DNA of 64,000 bases, from the NCBI GenBank assembly GCA_041484665.1, contig JBGPIA010000002.1:224001-288000 (forward strand). The letters are read 5' to 3'. Every line of letters starts with the position of its first letter. The stretch's first letter is position 1. Of the stretch, positions 29,091 to 38,669 are shown piece by piece. Under the pieces are notes generated by a model, which saw nothing but the letters and a program-made list of their open reading frames with translations, ran no database searches and had not been told where the DNA came from. A program made the position numbers and the translations under genes. Source of the DNA: Candidatus Krumholzibacteriia bacterium (GTDB lineage: Bacteria > Krumholzibacteriota > Krumholzibacteriia > JAJRXK01).

Positions 29091-30130
29091 CAGTCTGCTG
29101 CCCCCTGGACGCCAGCCAGGAGCCTCGCCACCGTGGCATCCCACCCGAAGCGCTGCACGAGCGCGCGCGTGGCGCAGCGCTGAGCCTCGACGGCCGCCAC
29201 CGCGCCGGCCAAGGGCGCCGTGTCCTGCAGAAATACCAGCCCGTCGCCCTCCAGGAAATGGTCGCCCAGTGCCCCGAAGCGGGTTGTCACCACGCGCAGC
29301 CCGCACGCCATCGCCTCCAGGACCGAGAGCGGGAACGCGATGCTGCCCTCGTCGTCGCGCACCGGGAAGAGGTAGACGTCGGCCGCTTGGTAGAGCTGCT
29401 CGACCTGTGGGAAGAACTCCCGGCGCAGGTCCACGCCCGCGCTGCGCAGCTGTTCCACCAGCGCCGGGTCGACGGAGGTGGCCGTGCTGGCCGCCATCAC
29501 CACGTGCGTGGACGGCAGGCGCGCCGCCTCGCACAGGCGCTCCAGGCCGCGGTGCGCGGACAGATGCCCGACGTGGAGCACCACCCGCCGGTCCTGTGGC
29601 CAGCCGAGCATCTGGCGCAGCCGATGTCGGGCGTCGGATCCGACGGGCGCGAAGCGCTGCAGGTCCACACCAGCATCCACGAGAGAGACCGCGAACCCCA
29701 GCCGCCGATACTGCTCCAGGCTGGCCCGCGACAGCACGACCAGGCGGGCCGGACGCACCCAGGGCAGTAGCCACCGCGCAAGGCGGCCGTAGCCGCGGTG
29801 CTGCAGGCTGATCAGCGCCACCTTGGCCCGCGGCAGCGCGCGCTCCAGGCGCTTGCAGCGCAGCAGGGCATTGAACGTGGCGCACGCCGACGGGACGTAC
29901 AGTGCGAGCTCGGGCGCCAGCGTCGCAAGCTCGTGGCGCAGTGCTGGGGTCACGAGCCCCTTGCCCATGGCCACGCGCACCGCGGGCAGTCCGCTGGGCG
30001 CCTGCCCTCTCTCGTACAGGGCGATGAGCTGGTGGTCGCGGGCCAAGCGCTCCACCAGGTGGGTCACGAACTTGAGCAGCCCCTCATCGGCACGCTCCGA
30101 CCATCGTTCCGAGATGACGGCGATCCTCAC
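29090..30130 (-). CDS. Glycosyltransferase family 4
   Basis: GVDL.RF.P, LHVGH...RG and ADVYLFP...PLSVLEAMACG. Start GTG 30130 (GTGA overlap with asnB copy 2). Confidence 0.88.
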   Translation of the reverse strand: MRIAVISERWSERADEGLLKFVTHLVERLARDHQLIALYERGQAPSGLPAVRVAMGKGLVTPALRHELATLAPELALYVPSACATFNALLRCKRLERALPRAKVALISLQHRGYGRLARWLLPWVRPARLVVLSRASLEQYRRLGFAVSLVDAGVDLQRFAPVGSDARHRLRQMLGWPQDRRVVLHVGHLSAHRGLERLCEAARLPSTHVVMAASTATSVDPALVEQLRSAGVDLRREFFPQVEQLYQAADVYLFPVRDDEGSIAFPLSVLEAMACGLRVVTTRFGALGDHFLEGDGLVFLQDTAPLAGAVAAVEAQRCATRALVQRFGWDATVARLLAGVQGAAD

Positions 30131-32022
30131 GCGCGGCGCGCTCCGGACGTGGCCGCCCGCACCTGGGCGCTGCGGTGCCACAGCTCGAACATCATCAGCG
30201 ACCACAGCAATGGCGAGTAGTCCCGCCCCCCCATGTGCAGCTTGAGCAGTCGGCGGGTGTACGCGCCATCGAGCCAGCCAGCCTCGGCCGCGGTGCTGGC
30301 CTCCAGCGTGTCGCGCAACAGCTCGCGCAGCGGCCCGCGCAACCATTGCTCCGTGGGGATCCCGAAGCCTGTCTTGGGGCGGTCCAGGTGTCCGGGCGGC
30401 AGCAGCTGCCGGCCGAGCTCCCGCAACAGCAGCTTGCCATGGACGCCGTCGTTCTTGAGCGCGGCGGGGAGATTGAGCCCCAGCTCGACGATGCGATAGT
30501 CCAGCAGCGGCCCGCGCACCTCCAGGGAGTGCTGCATGCTCATCTTATCCACCTTCTCCAGCACGTCGTTGGGAAGGTAGAGCGTCAGGTCCTGGTGCTG
30601 GAAACGCAGCACTCCACCTTCCGCCTCGAACTCGCCCCCGGCCCCCATCCCCAGGCGCACGCTGTCGAACGCCTCGGCGTCGCGCCGCACCCGCTCGCCG
30701 GCCAGGCGGCGCTTGAGCCGGTCCTCGGCCAGCACCAGGCAGTCGACCTGGAACTCGGCGTCACTGAGCCCCAGACGGCGCAGCCGCTGCGCTCCCGGCA
30801 ACGTCGGCGCGATCGCCCGCGAGACCCCGCGCGCCAACGCCCCGGCCACGCTGGCGCCGTCGGCTTGCAACGCGCGCCGCTGAAAGAGCGTGTGGCGCTG
30901 GTAGCCGGCGAAGACCTCGTCGCCCCCGTCGCCGGCCAGTGCCACGGTGACGTAGCGGCGGGCAGTCTCGCACACCGACCAGGTGGGAACGGCGGAGGAG
31001 TCGCCGAAGGGCTGGTCGAACGCCGCAGCGATGCGCGGCACCAGATCGGCGATCTGGGGACGGCAAACGATCTCGGTGTGCCGCGTGCCATATTTCTCCG
31101 CGACTCGCCGCGCCCAAGGGAGCTCGTCGTGGCTCTCCTCCTCGAATCCCACCGAGAACGTGCGCACCGCCTCGGCGCAGTGCCGCGCCATGAACGCTGT
31201 GACCAGCCCCGAGTCGATCCCGCCACTGAGCAACACCCCCAGGGGGACTTCGGACTCCAGACGAATGCGCGTGGCGTCGTCGAGCAGCTCCCCCAGAGCT
31301 GCGACCGCTTCGGGCAGCGTGCGGGGCGCGTCGGGGCGACGGCGCACGCTCCAGTAGCGTTCCATGCGCGCGCGGCCGTCGCGCAGCGTCAGGCAGTGGG
31401 CCGGTGGCAACGCGCGAACGGCCCGGTAGATCGTGCGCGGCGCGGGGACGAAGCCGTAGGTCAGATAATCGCCCACCGCCGCGGGATCGACCTCGTCGTC
31501 GACCTCGGGATCGCAAAGGATGGCCTTGATTTCGCTGCCGAAGACCGCGCGGCGATCGTCCAGGGCATAGTAGAGGGGCTTCACGCCCAGCCGGTCGCGC
31601 GCCAGCAGGAGGCTGCCCTCCTGGCGATCGTGGATCGCGAAGGCGAACATCCCGTTGATGTGGGCAAGCAGCCCGCTGCCGTGGCGCTCGTAGAGGGCCA
31701 GCACCACCTCGGTGTCGCTTCGCGTGGTGAACGTCGCACCTTCGGCCTCGAGCTGGTGGCGGAGCGCGCGGAAGTTGTAGATCTCGCCGTTGAAGACGAT
31801 GGCGTAGCGGTCGCCCGCGTAGGTCATGGGCTGGTGGCCACCGGCCACGTCGATGATGGACAACCGTGCGAATGCCAGGGCGGCCTGGCCGCGCTGGGCG
31901 ATGCCCGTGTCGTCGGGACCGCGGTGATGCAGGACCGCCGCCATGCGCCCCAGCAGATCCAGTGGGGCCGCCTGGGTTCCACCGCCGCCGTGGAGCTCGA
32001 AGACACCGGCGATGCCGCACAT
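30127..32022 (-). CDS. asnB: Asparagine synthase (glutamine-hydrolysing) family amidotransferase, copy 2
   Basis: MCGIAG, HRGPD, FNGEIYN, RDRLGVKPLYY, LSGGIDS, GDGGDEVFAGY and KVDKMSM.HSLEVR. Start ATG 32022. Confidence 0.95.
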   Translation of the reverse strand: MCGIAGVFELHGGGGTQAAPLDLLGRMAAVLHHRGPDDTGIAQRGQAALAFARLSIIDVAGGHQPMTYAGDRYAIVFNGEIYNFRALRHQLEAEGATFTTRSDTEVVLALYERHGSGLLAHINGMFAFAIHDRQEGSLLLARDRLGVKPLYYALDDRRAVFGSEIKAILCDPEVDDEVDPAAVGDYLTYGFVPAPRTIYRAVRALPPAHCLTLRDGRARMERYWSVRRRPDAPRTLPEAVAALGELLDDATRIRLESEVPLGVLLSGGIDSGLVTAFMARHCAEAVRTFSVGFEEESHDELPWARRVAEKYGTRHTEIVCRPQIADLVPRIAAAFDQPFGDSSAVPTWSVCETARRYVTVALAGDGGDEVFAGYQRHTLFQRRALQADGASVAGALARGVSRAIAPTLPGAQRLRRLGLSDAEFQVDCLVLAEDRLKRRLAGERVRRDAEAFDSVRLGMGAGGEFEAEGGVLRFQHQDLTLYLPNDVLEKVDKMSMQHSLEVRGPLLDYRIVELGLNLPAALKNDGVHGKLLLRELGRQLLPPGHLDRPKTGFGIPTEQWLRGPLRELLRDTLEASTAAEAGWLDGAYTRRLLKLHMGGRDYSPLLWSLMMFELWHRSAQVRAATSGARRA

Positions 32023-32142
32023 GGGCTTTCTCCCTGCACCGCGGCGCGGGCTGGCGACCCCGTAAGGGTCCGATGCGACCGAACCCATAGGATATCACAT
32101 CCCCCGCGCCCGACTGCACGGCCACCTGACGCGCGACCGCGA

Positions 32143-32172
32143 TTGAGCGGCACGCCGCGCGCGGTGTAGAAT
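32143..32172 (+). promoter_or_regulatory. Putative sigma70 promoter for the plus-strand membrane protein-flippase-SGNH unit
   Basis: TTGAGC-18 nt-TAGAAT in the divergent intergenic region. Confidence 0.5.
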
Positions 32173-32229
32173 CCTGCTCGCCGTACCCACACCTCCCTCC
32201 TATCCGCGCGGGTCCTCCGCTTCCTCCTG

Positions 32230-34707
32230 GTGCCTTCCCGCTCCTTTCTCGCCTCGCGCGCTGCCCGGGTGGCCGTCGCCGTCGGGGCCTGCGCGGCATG
32301 CCTCTGGACGCCTGGCGCCAGCGCGTGGCTGCGCGTGCTGGGCGCGGTGGGTCTGCTGGCGGCCCTACCCGGCTGGGGTCTGCAACGCTGGCTGCTGGGC
32401 GCGGGACCGGCCGGGCTGTTGCAACGGTGCGCGGTCGGGGCGACCGCGCCGTGGGCGGTCCATGGGATCCTCGCCACGCTGCTCGGCGCAGCGGGGGTGG
32501 GGCCACACGTGGCGGCGGCGACGGCGACCGCGTTGGGAATTGGGGCCGGACTGTTCGGGCGGTCCGCGCGGCACCACGAGCGCGCGGCGTCTGCCGCGGG
32601 CCGGCGCGAGCTGCTGGCGGTCGCGCTGCTGGTGCTGCTAACGGTCTGCATCGCGTCCTGCCCGCCCGAGCTCTCCTTGCGCTCCGACGTGTACGCCCAC
32701 GTGGCAGCCGTGCGCGCCTGCCTCGAGGAGAACCGCGTCTTCCCCCGCCACGAGTTCTACGCGCTCCAGCAGACCGAGGGGCCCGACCCCAGGTTCGGGA
32801 CGGCCCACGCCTTCGATGCGAGCCTGTCGGCGCTGGCGCGGGTGACGCCGCTTGAGCTGTGGACCCGTCTGTGTGGCCTGCTGCCGCTGGTCTGGGGCCT
32901 GAGCACCGCATCGCTTGCGGTGATCGCTTGCCGCACCCGCCGCGGGCGCGTGCTGGCGGCCGTGCTGTTCCTGGGCTGCTACGGCGGCACGATCTACAAC
33001 CCGCTGCGCGTGGCGGCATACCCACAGTGGGTGGGGTTGGCGCTGGTCTGGACGGGGCTGGGGCTGCTGCTGGAAGCGCACCGCCGCGACCGTCGCCGAG
33101 CGACCTGGGCTGCGGCGGCGCTGTTGGCTGGCTGCGGAGCCCTGCACGCCCTCTCGTTCCTGTTGGGCGCAACCCTGCTTGCGGCGGCGGCCATCACCGC
33201 TCCGCGCGCGCGACGCGCGGAATGGGCGCGCGCGCTGGCCGTTTTCGCAGCGATCGCGAGTCCGGTGATGGCCCTGCGCCTCGCCTTGAGTCACGGCAAC
33301 GAGAATCCCATCCACCAGTTGCCCTGGTATCCGTTGCAATGGCGACCGGGCTTGTTCTCGGTACGCCCGGACTATCTGCTGCAGTGGCTGTTCCCCATGG
33401 GGCTGGCTGCGCTGCTGCTGATGCCGGCTCTGTGGCGGCGCGGTGCGCAGGCGCACGCCGAGCGCTGGGCGGTGCTGGCGGGCGCGGCGACCCTGGCCTG
33501 GCTGGCGATCCCGTGGTTGCTGACGCCGTCGTTGTCGGTCCTGGGATTCCTGCCCTTGCGCTTCATCCTGGCCGTCCTCTTCCCCCTGTTGTGGGGCCTG
33601 TGGGCCGACGGTGGCGCTGTGCACGGTGGCGCGCCTGCGCGCGGCGCGCGCAGATTCGCCGCCACGCTGGCGCTTTTGGTGGCCGCGGGCAGTCTTGCCT
33701 TGCGCCTGGCGGCGGCCCGCACGCCGGCGGCGGACGCCTTCGTGGACGAGCCGCAGTGGATAGAGATCACGCGCGCGCTGGATACCCTGCCGCACGGCAC
33801 GGCCGTCGTACTGTCCGACCCCTACACGATGCTCGCGGTGCGGGCGTGCACGTCGCAGCGGATCGTGGCGGTGCCCGATGGACGCTCGTCACCTCGGGAC
33901 GCGCAGGCGCTGCAGCGGCTGCGCGACACGTGGAGCGCCATGAGCCCCTCTACGGACGCTGCCGGCACCGACGCGTTGCTCGTGCGCTACGGCGTCACGC
34001 ACGTCTTGCTGAATCGCGGATTCCGCCAGGACCTGCTCGGCTTCGAGTACGCCGTCGCGCTGGCCGACCTCCCTGCGCAGCGCGCGAAGCTCGCCGGCAA
34101 CCCGCAACGCTATCGGCTTGTGCGCGAGGTGGGTGGGTTCGCGCTGTACGAGGTGGTGCGCGGGGCCGTGACGTCCGAAGGGCCATGGCGGCAAGCCTGT
34201 ACCCGGGAGCGGCCGCCCAGAACAACTCTTGCGGCGCCCCTGCACGACGGGTTCGAGCTGCTGGAGGGCGCAGTCGAGCCGGGCGATCCCGCCAGCGGTC
34301 GGCCCGCGGTGGCTCGGCTGCAGCTTGGCTACCGCGGCGCGCTCCCAGCCCCCTACCGGGAGATCGTGCTGCGCGCCGACGCGACCCCGTCGCCCGTGCC
34401 CGCATGGCTGCGACCGGTGGGCAAGCCGGTGCGCAAGCTGCTCGAGCTGGCGCAGCGCAGGCGCACCCGGGCGCGCTGGACCGCGCTGCCCGGCGATGCC
34501 CGCTGCCCGACCTTCTTATTGCAGAACGGCAACGTGCAGGACGTAGACGTCCCGTTGCCGATCCCACCGTCACTCTCGGCCGGTGTCTACGACGTCACGG
34601 TGCAGGTGGCCGGCAGCAGCGAGTTCACCGCGCTGGCGCCGCGTGACTTCCTGCGCGACGACGACATCTACAGCGGCCCGGTGGTCGGGCGCCTTACGGT
34701 CCGCTGA
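32230..34707 (+). CDS. Large polytopic membrane protein, GT-C-like, with a C-terminal soluble domain (paralog of 42890-45439)
   Basis: More than 10 hydrophobic segments, an early acidic loop SD...H...DPRFG.AH, VLSDP.T after the TM region, and the YGVTHVLLN pattern seen in periplasmic domains of GT-C proteins. Confidence 0.6.
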   Translation: MPSRSFLASRAARVAVAVGACAACLWTPGASAWLRVLGAVGLLAALPGWGLQRWLLGAGPAGLLQRCAVGATAPWAVHGILATLLGAAGVGPHVAAATATALGIGAGLFGRSARHHERAASAAGRRELLAVALLVLLTVCIASCPPELSLRSDVYAHVAAVRACLEENRVFPRHEFYALQQTEGPDPRFGTAHAFDASLSALARVTPLELWTRLCGLLPLVWGLSTASLAVIACRTRRGRVLAAVLFLGCYGGTIYNPLRVAAYPQWVGLALVWTGLGLLLEAHRRDRRRATWAAAALLAGCGALHALSFLLGATLLAAAAITAPRARRAEWARALAVFAAIASPVMALRLALSHGNENPIHQLPWYPLQWRPGLFSVRPDYLLQWLFPMGLAALLLMPALWRRGAQAHAERWAVLAGAATLAWLAIPWLLTPSLSVLGFLPLRFILAVLFPLLWGLWADGGAVHGGAPARGARRFAATLALLVAAGSLALRLAAARTPAADAFVDEPQWIEITRALDTLPHGTAVVLSDPYTMLAVRACTSQRIVAVPDGRSSPRDAQALQRLRDTWSAMSPSTDAAGTDALLVRYGVTHVLLNRGFRQDLLGFEYAVALADLPAQRAKLAGNPQRYRLVREVGGFALYEVVRGAVTSEGPWRQACTRERPPRTTLAAPLHDGFELLEGAVEPGDPASGRPAVARLQLGYRGALPAPYREIVLRADATPSPVPAWLRPVGKPVRKLLELAQRRRTRARWTALPGDARCPTFLLQNGNVQDVDVPLPIPPSLSAGVYDVTVQVAGSSEFTALAPRDFLRDDDIYSGPVVGRLTVR

Positions 34708-34754
34708 CCAGACCTGCGGCGCGGCGCCGGACCGGCCGGGAGCACCTGCGATCC

Positions 34755-36260
34755 ATGAGCACCTCGATCCACCGCAGCGTGATCCTCAACTGGGTGGGGC
34801 TGGCCTTCCGCATGGGGGCCTCATTCGTCCTGCTGCCCTATATCGTGGCGCGCATCGGCGAGAATGGATATGGCAGCTACCTGGTGCTGGTGGCGGCGTT
34901 CGGCTACAGCGAGATCCTCGACTTCGGCCTCAGCGCTGCCATCGTGCGCTACGTGGCGCGCATGGCGGCCACGGGGGAGCACGAGCGACTCAACCGCATC
35001 CTGGGCGCCATCTTCCGATTCTACTTCCTGCTCGCCGCGCTGATCGTGGCAGCCGCCACGCTGGCCTGGCTCTTCCCGCAGCCCTGGATGCGCCCGCAGG
35101 GCGCCGAGCCCCGCTTCCCGTTCTACATCTTCCTGTTCGGGTTGCTCTCCGCGTCGACCTTCTTCCAGGTGGGCTGGAAGTGGATCCTACGGGGCCGCGA
35201 GCGCTACGACCTCAGCAACGTCATCGACCTGGCCGGGCTGGTCGTGCGCGTTGCGACGATCCTGGGCCTGCTGCACGCCGGTGCGGGCGTGCTCGCGGTG
35301 GTGATGGCCGACCTGTTGGAGAGCCTCGTCTGCTGGGTGGGTCACTGGCTGGTGACGCGACGACTCTTCCCCGAGATCCGCCCGCAGTGGCGCCACACAC
35401 AGGACGAAGGGCTGGGCGAGGTCCGCCGGTACAGCGTCTGGGTCTTCTTCAACCAGATCTCCGATCAGGTGCGCTTCCGCACCGACAGCCTGGTGATCGC
35501 CTGGGCGCGCAACACCTCCGACATCGCGCTGTTCGGCGTAGCGGCTCGCCTGCAGTCATACCTGCTGCAAGCCACGAACCTCATGAGCGTGCCCTTCCGC
35601 TCGCGGCTGTCGTACCTGGACGGGGCGGGAGACTGGGACGGTGTGCGTGCCCTCTACCTGCGGGGTGTGCGTCTGGTGTCGTTCACCGGCTTCGCGCTGG
35701 CGGGAGCGCTGTTCCTTCATGCCGATCCGTTCATGCGGGCTTGGATGGGGCCATCGTTCGCATCCAGCGCGCGCATCCTGCGCATCCTGTTGCCTGCGCT
35801 GGCCGTGGAGATGTCGCAAATCGTCTCGGTGGTTGCCCTCTACGCCACCGGCCGCCACGCGATGCTGGCCTGGCTCACGCTGGGCGAGGCGCTGACCAAG
35901 CTGGGCTTGAGCCTCGTGCTGGTGCGCCCGCTGGGCATCGAGGGGGTCGCGCTGGCCACGGCTATCCCTATGCTGTTGAACAAGGGGCTGCTGCTGTCCT
36001 CGTATGCCTGCCGGTCGCTCGGCGTTGGTGTCGGGCGCTGGCTGCGTGAGGGGCTGTCGGGGCCGCTGCTCACGCTGGCCATCTCGATGCTGCTGGACCT
36101 TGGCATCGACCGGGTGTGGCGGCCGGTCGCTCTGCCGGCGGTGATGCTGCAGCTGGTGGTCGATCTGATCCCCTTTGCGCTGCTGGGCTGGTGGCTGGTG
36201 CTGCGTGAGGAGGACCGCATCCGCGCGCGGGCCATGTTGGGGAGGCTGCGGAGGCGATAG
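34755..36260 (+). CDS. Wzx-type oligosaccharide flippase (MOP superfamily), copy 1
   Basis: About 14 TM segments, G...YG.Y, LDFGL..A..RYVA, D.LVI and LGIEGVALAT. Confidence 0.9.
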   Translation: MSTSIHRSVILNWVGLAFRMGASFVLLPYIVARIGENGYGSYLVLVAAFGYSEILDFGLSAAIVRYVARMAATGEHERLNRILGAIFRFYFLLAALIVAAATLAWLFPQPWMRPQGAEPRFPFYIFLFGLLSASTFFQVGWKWILRGRERYDLSNVIDLAGLVVRVATILGLLHAGAGVLAVVMADLLESLVCWVGHWLVTRRLFPEIRPQWRHTQDEGLGEVRRYSVWVFFNQISDQVRFRTDSLVIAWARNTSDIALFGVAARLQSYLLQATNLMSVPFRSRLSYLDGAGDWDGVRALYLRGVRLVSFTGFALAGALFLHADPFMRAWMGPSFASSARILRILLPALAVEMSQIVSVVALYATGRHAMLAWLTLGEALTKLGLSLVLVRPLGIEGVALATAIPMLLNKGLLLSSYACRSLGVGVGRWLREGLSGPLLTLAISMLLDLGIDRVWRPVALPAVMLQLVVDLIPFALLGWWLVLREEDRIRARAMLGRLRRR

Positions 36261-36318
36261 CGGGCTTCCACAGTATTACGCTCGTCGGCGATGACCATTC
36301 TCGGAGGTCCGGATACTC

Positions 36319-37506
36319 ATGCAAGCACACGATGATGGGGCCATGGCGCCTCCGCGGCTGCGTCAGCTCTCCACCTGGTACGCGCGCCTGGCGATCATCG
36401 CCCTCAACACGCTCGTCCTGCTGGCGCTGGGGCTTGCTGTGATCGACGCCGGCCTCGACTTGCAGGGTCGCCTGCATCCGCCTGTGGTCTATTCAAGGCT
36501 GCTGCACCTGGACTCCTATCGATTGGTCAGTCGCGAGGTGGCGCGGGCCACAGGGGAGGAGTACGACCGGATGGGCAGCTACCAGAGCTTCGAGTACAAC
36601 CCGTGGACCGGGTTCATGCACCGCGCGTTCTCCGGGCGCTACCTGAACGTTGACGCTGGCGGCCTCTACAACATCCGCCGGTCCACTCCAGCGGAGCCGC
36701 TGCGCGAAGGGCAGCGCGACCTGCTCGTATGGGCGTTCGGCGGGTCCACGATGTTCGGTTGGGGAATGCCGGACTCGTTCACGATTCCGTCACTGCTCCA
36801 ACGCGAGCTGAGCGACCGGCTGCCCCTCCGCCGTGTTCGAGTCCTCAACTGCGGGCAAGCCTACTACTTCAGCTCGCAAGAGCTGGCCCAGTACGTGGCC
36901 ATGCTGCGGGTCGGCGAGCGCCCGCAGATCGTCATCTTCCTGGATGGCCTCAACGAAACGGTGCGGGTCCCCGAAGGCTGCGAGGTGCCGTACTTCTCGG
37001 ATACGGCCTACCGCGGCTGGGAGGAGCAGCGGCAGGAACGATATCTGCACACTGGAAGCTGGCTGAGATTGACCGGCAACTTCCCGCTGAACCGTCTCCG
37101 TCAGCATTTTGCAGGCACGAAGGATACGCCACGCGATTCCCGCTACATCGTCCCGCCCGGCGAACCCGTCAATCGAACCGTGGAGAACTACCGATGCAAT
37201 CGGGATTTGATCGTCGCCATCAGCGCCCGGCTCGGCATCGATGTCTATTGCTTCCTGCAGCCGCTCACCGCCTACGGTGATTACGCGCACTCACCCGCGC
37301 AGCTCTTGAACGGGGCCGACATCGCGCGCGCGGTCTATGACACCCTGGTCGGCGAGGCGCGCTCCGGTCGGACTCCACACTTCTATACGCTCCACGACGT
37401 GCTGTTCGAGCTGGAGGCCCCCTACGTCGATTCCTCCCACTACTCCGACACCGGCTCTACACGGGTCGCCGCCGCGATGGCCACCATCATCGCAGGGCAA
37501 CAATAG
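36319..37506 (+). CDS. Membrane-anchored SGNH/GDSL family protein
   Basis: N-terminal TM, FGGSTMFG, VLNCG, FLDGLNE, FLQP and DSSHY. Confidence 0.8.
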   Translation: MQAHDDGAMAPPRLRQLSTWYARLAIIALNTLVLLALGLAVIDAGLDLQGRLHPPVVYSRLLHLDSYRLVSREVARATGEEYDRMGSYQSFEYNPWTGFMHRAFSGRYLNVDAGGLYNIRRSTPAEPLREGQRDLLVWAFGGSTMFGWGMPDSFTIPSLLQRELSDRLPLRRVRVLNCGQAYYFSSQELAQYVAMLRVGERPQIVIFLDGLNETVRVPEGCEVPYFSDTAYRGWEEQRQERYLHTGSWLRLTGNFPLNRLRQHFAGTKDTPRDSRYIVPPGEPVNRTVENYRCNRDLIVAISARLGIDVYCFLQPLTAYGDYAHSPAQLLNGADIARAVYDTLVGEARSGRTPHFYTLHDVLFELEAPYVDSSHYSDTGSTRVAAAMATIIAGQQ

Positions 37507-37602
37507 CGAGTCCCCGTTGAAGCGGTCAGTGAGGGGCGCGGGTGCTGCCGGGCAACTGCGCCTAAGACGCGGGCAGATTGCAGCCGCGCAGTGCCACTGC
37601 TT

Positions 37603-38646
37603 CTACGGTCCAGATGGGGTTGCGGATCCGTCACCCAGCCGCTCTCGCACGAACGCAGCCACGTCCCGCGTGACCCGGACGGCCTCCGACTCGCCAAAGT
37701 GGGCCGTCGACTGCATGACGTCGGGCTCCGTCGAGAGCGGAACCGTCTCTACAATGATGCTGCCCGGCATCGACGCGGCGACCGAACGCCGCATCTGGCG
37801 CTGGTAGTCATCATCGCAGGACCCGCCGCGTACGTAGGGCATGACCACGACGAACACCGGGGTTCTGGACTTCGCGCACAGCGCGCCGATCCTTCGCAGT
37901 CCAGCCCGGGCATCGTCGTGGATCCACGCGCGACGGCCCGCTTCCACCAGGGGCTGCGCCGGCGTGGGAAACCACCCGGAGTTGCCGGCCAGGATGCCCT
38001 GGGCCAGCTCTGGGGTCACCATTCGCCCCATCTGTGGCTGCGTCCAGTGCCCCTGGTCGAGCCAGATCGCCCGCACGAAGCCCCCAAACGAATCGTTCAC
38101 GCGCTTGAGAACTGGCTGCGTGCGAGCCGTTCCCGCTGCGAGCCTCCCTGCCAACCACGCCCTGTACCCGTAGCGCTCGTTGCGCTCATCGCTCTCGCTC
38201 AGGGTCTGGGGGTGGACCCACACCACCACCGCCGACGGGAGCGCGTGGTGCGTGAGCCGCGCCTCAAGGAGCAGCGCATGGCCCGACGTGCTCACGTATC
38301 CGAAGGTGCCAAGATTGAGCGCGCTCAGCCCACTCACCGCCGTGAACTGCGGAGCGGCGAAGCCAAACAAGCAGCTGGAGTCCCCGATCGCCCAAACTGA
38401 CGCATCGCTTTCGCCCAAGGCAAGCTCCGCTTTCGTTTCGAGCACGACGTAGTCGAAGTACTGGTCATCCAGCGGCAGCCCGCCGAGGAACCCCGACTGC
38501 TCGGCAGTGGAACGCGCGCGCCGGGCGGTGCGCGCGAGGATCGCCGCCAGCGCTCCACCGACCAGCACCGCCAGCAGCACTACGATCACCGCCGCGCGAC
38601 GCGTCATGGGACGAACCGATGCGGTCTGGCTCTTGTCCTGGCTCAT
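37603..38646 (-). CDS. DltD/AlgJ-like SGNH protein partnered with the MBOAT
   Basis: N-terminal TM, AIGDSS, LNLG, V.MP and a C-terminal AHF...A; directly downstream of the MBOAT. Start ATG 38646. Confidence 0.65.
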   Translation of the reverse strand: MSQDKSQTASVRPMTRRAAVIVVLLAVLVGGALAAILARTARRARSTAEQSGFLGGLPLDDQYFDYVVLETKAELALGESDASVWAIGDSSCLFGFAAPQFTAVSGLSALNLGTFGYVSTSGHALLLEARLTHHALPSAVVVWVHPQTLSESDERNERYGYRAWLAGRLAAGTARTQPVLKRVNDSFGGFVRAIWLDQGHWTQPQMGRMVTPELAQGILAGNSGWFPTPAQPLVEAGRRAWIHDDARAGLRRIGALCAKSRTPVFVVVMPYVRGGSCDDDYQRQMRRSVAASMPGSIIVETVPLSTEPDVMQSTAHFGESEAVRVTRDVAAFVRERLGDGSATPSGP

Positions 38647-38669
38647 AGGCGCCCCTCCACGGTCTGCCG

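Noticed and set aside
18674..32022. RiPP or lasso-peptide cluster (radical SAM/SPASM plus AsnB-like cyclase)
   Set aside because: Both AsnB proteins keep the full glutaminase domain with Cys1, and I found no precursor peptide, RRE or B2 protease.
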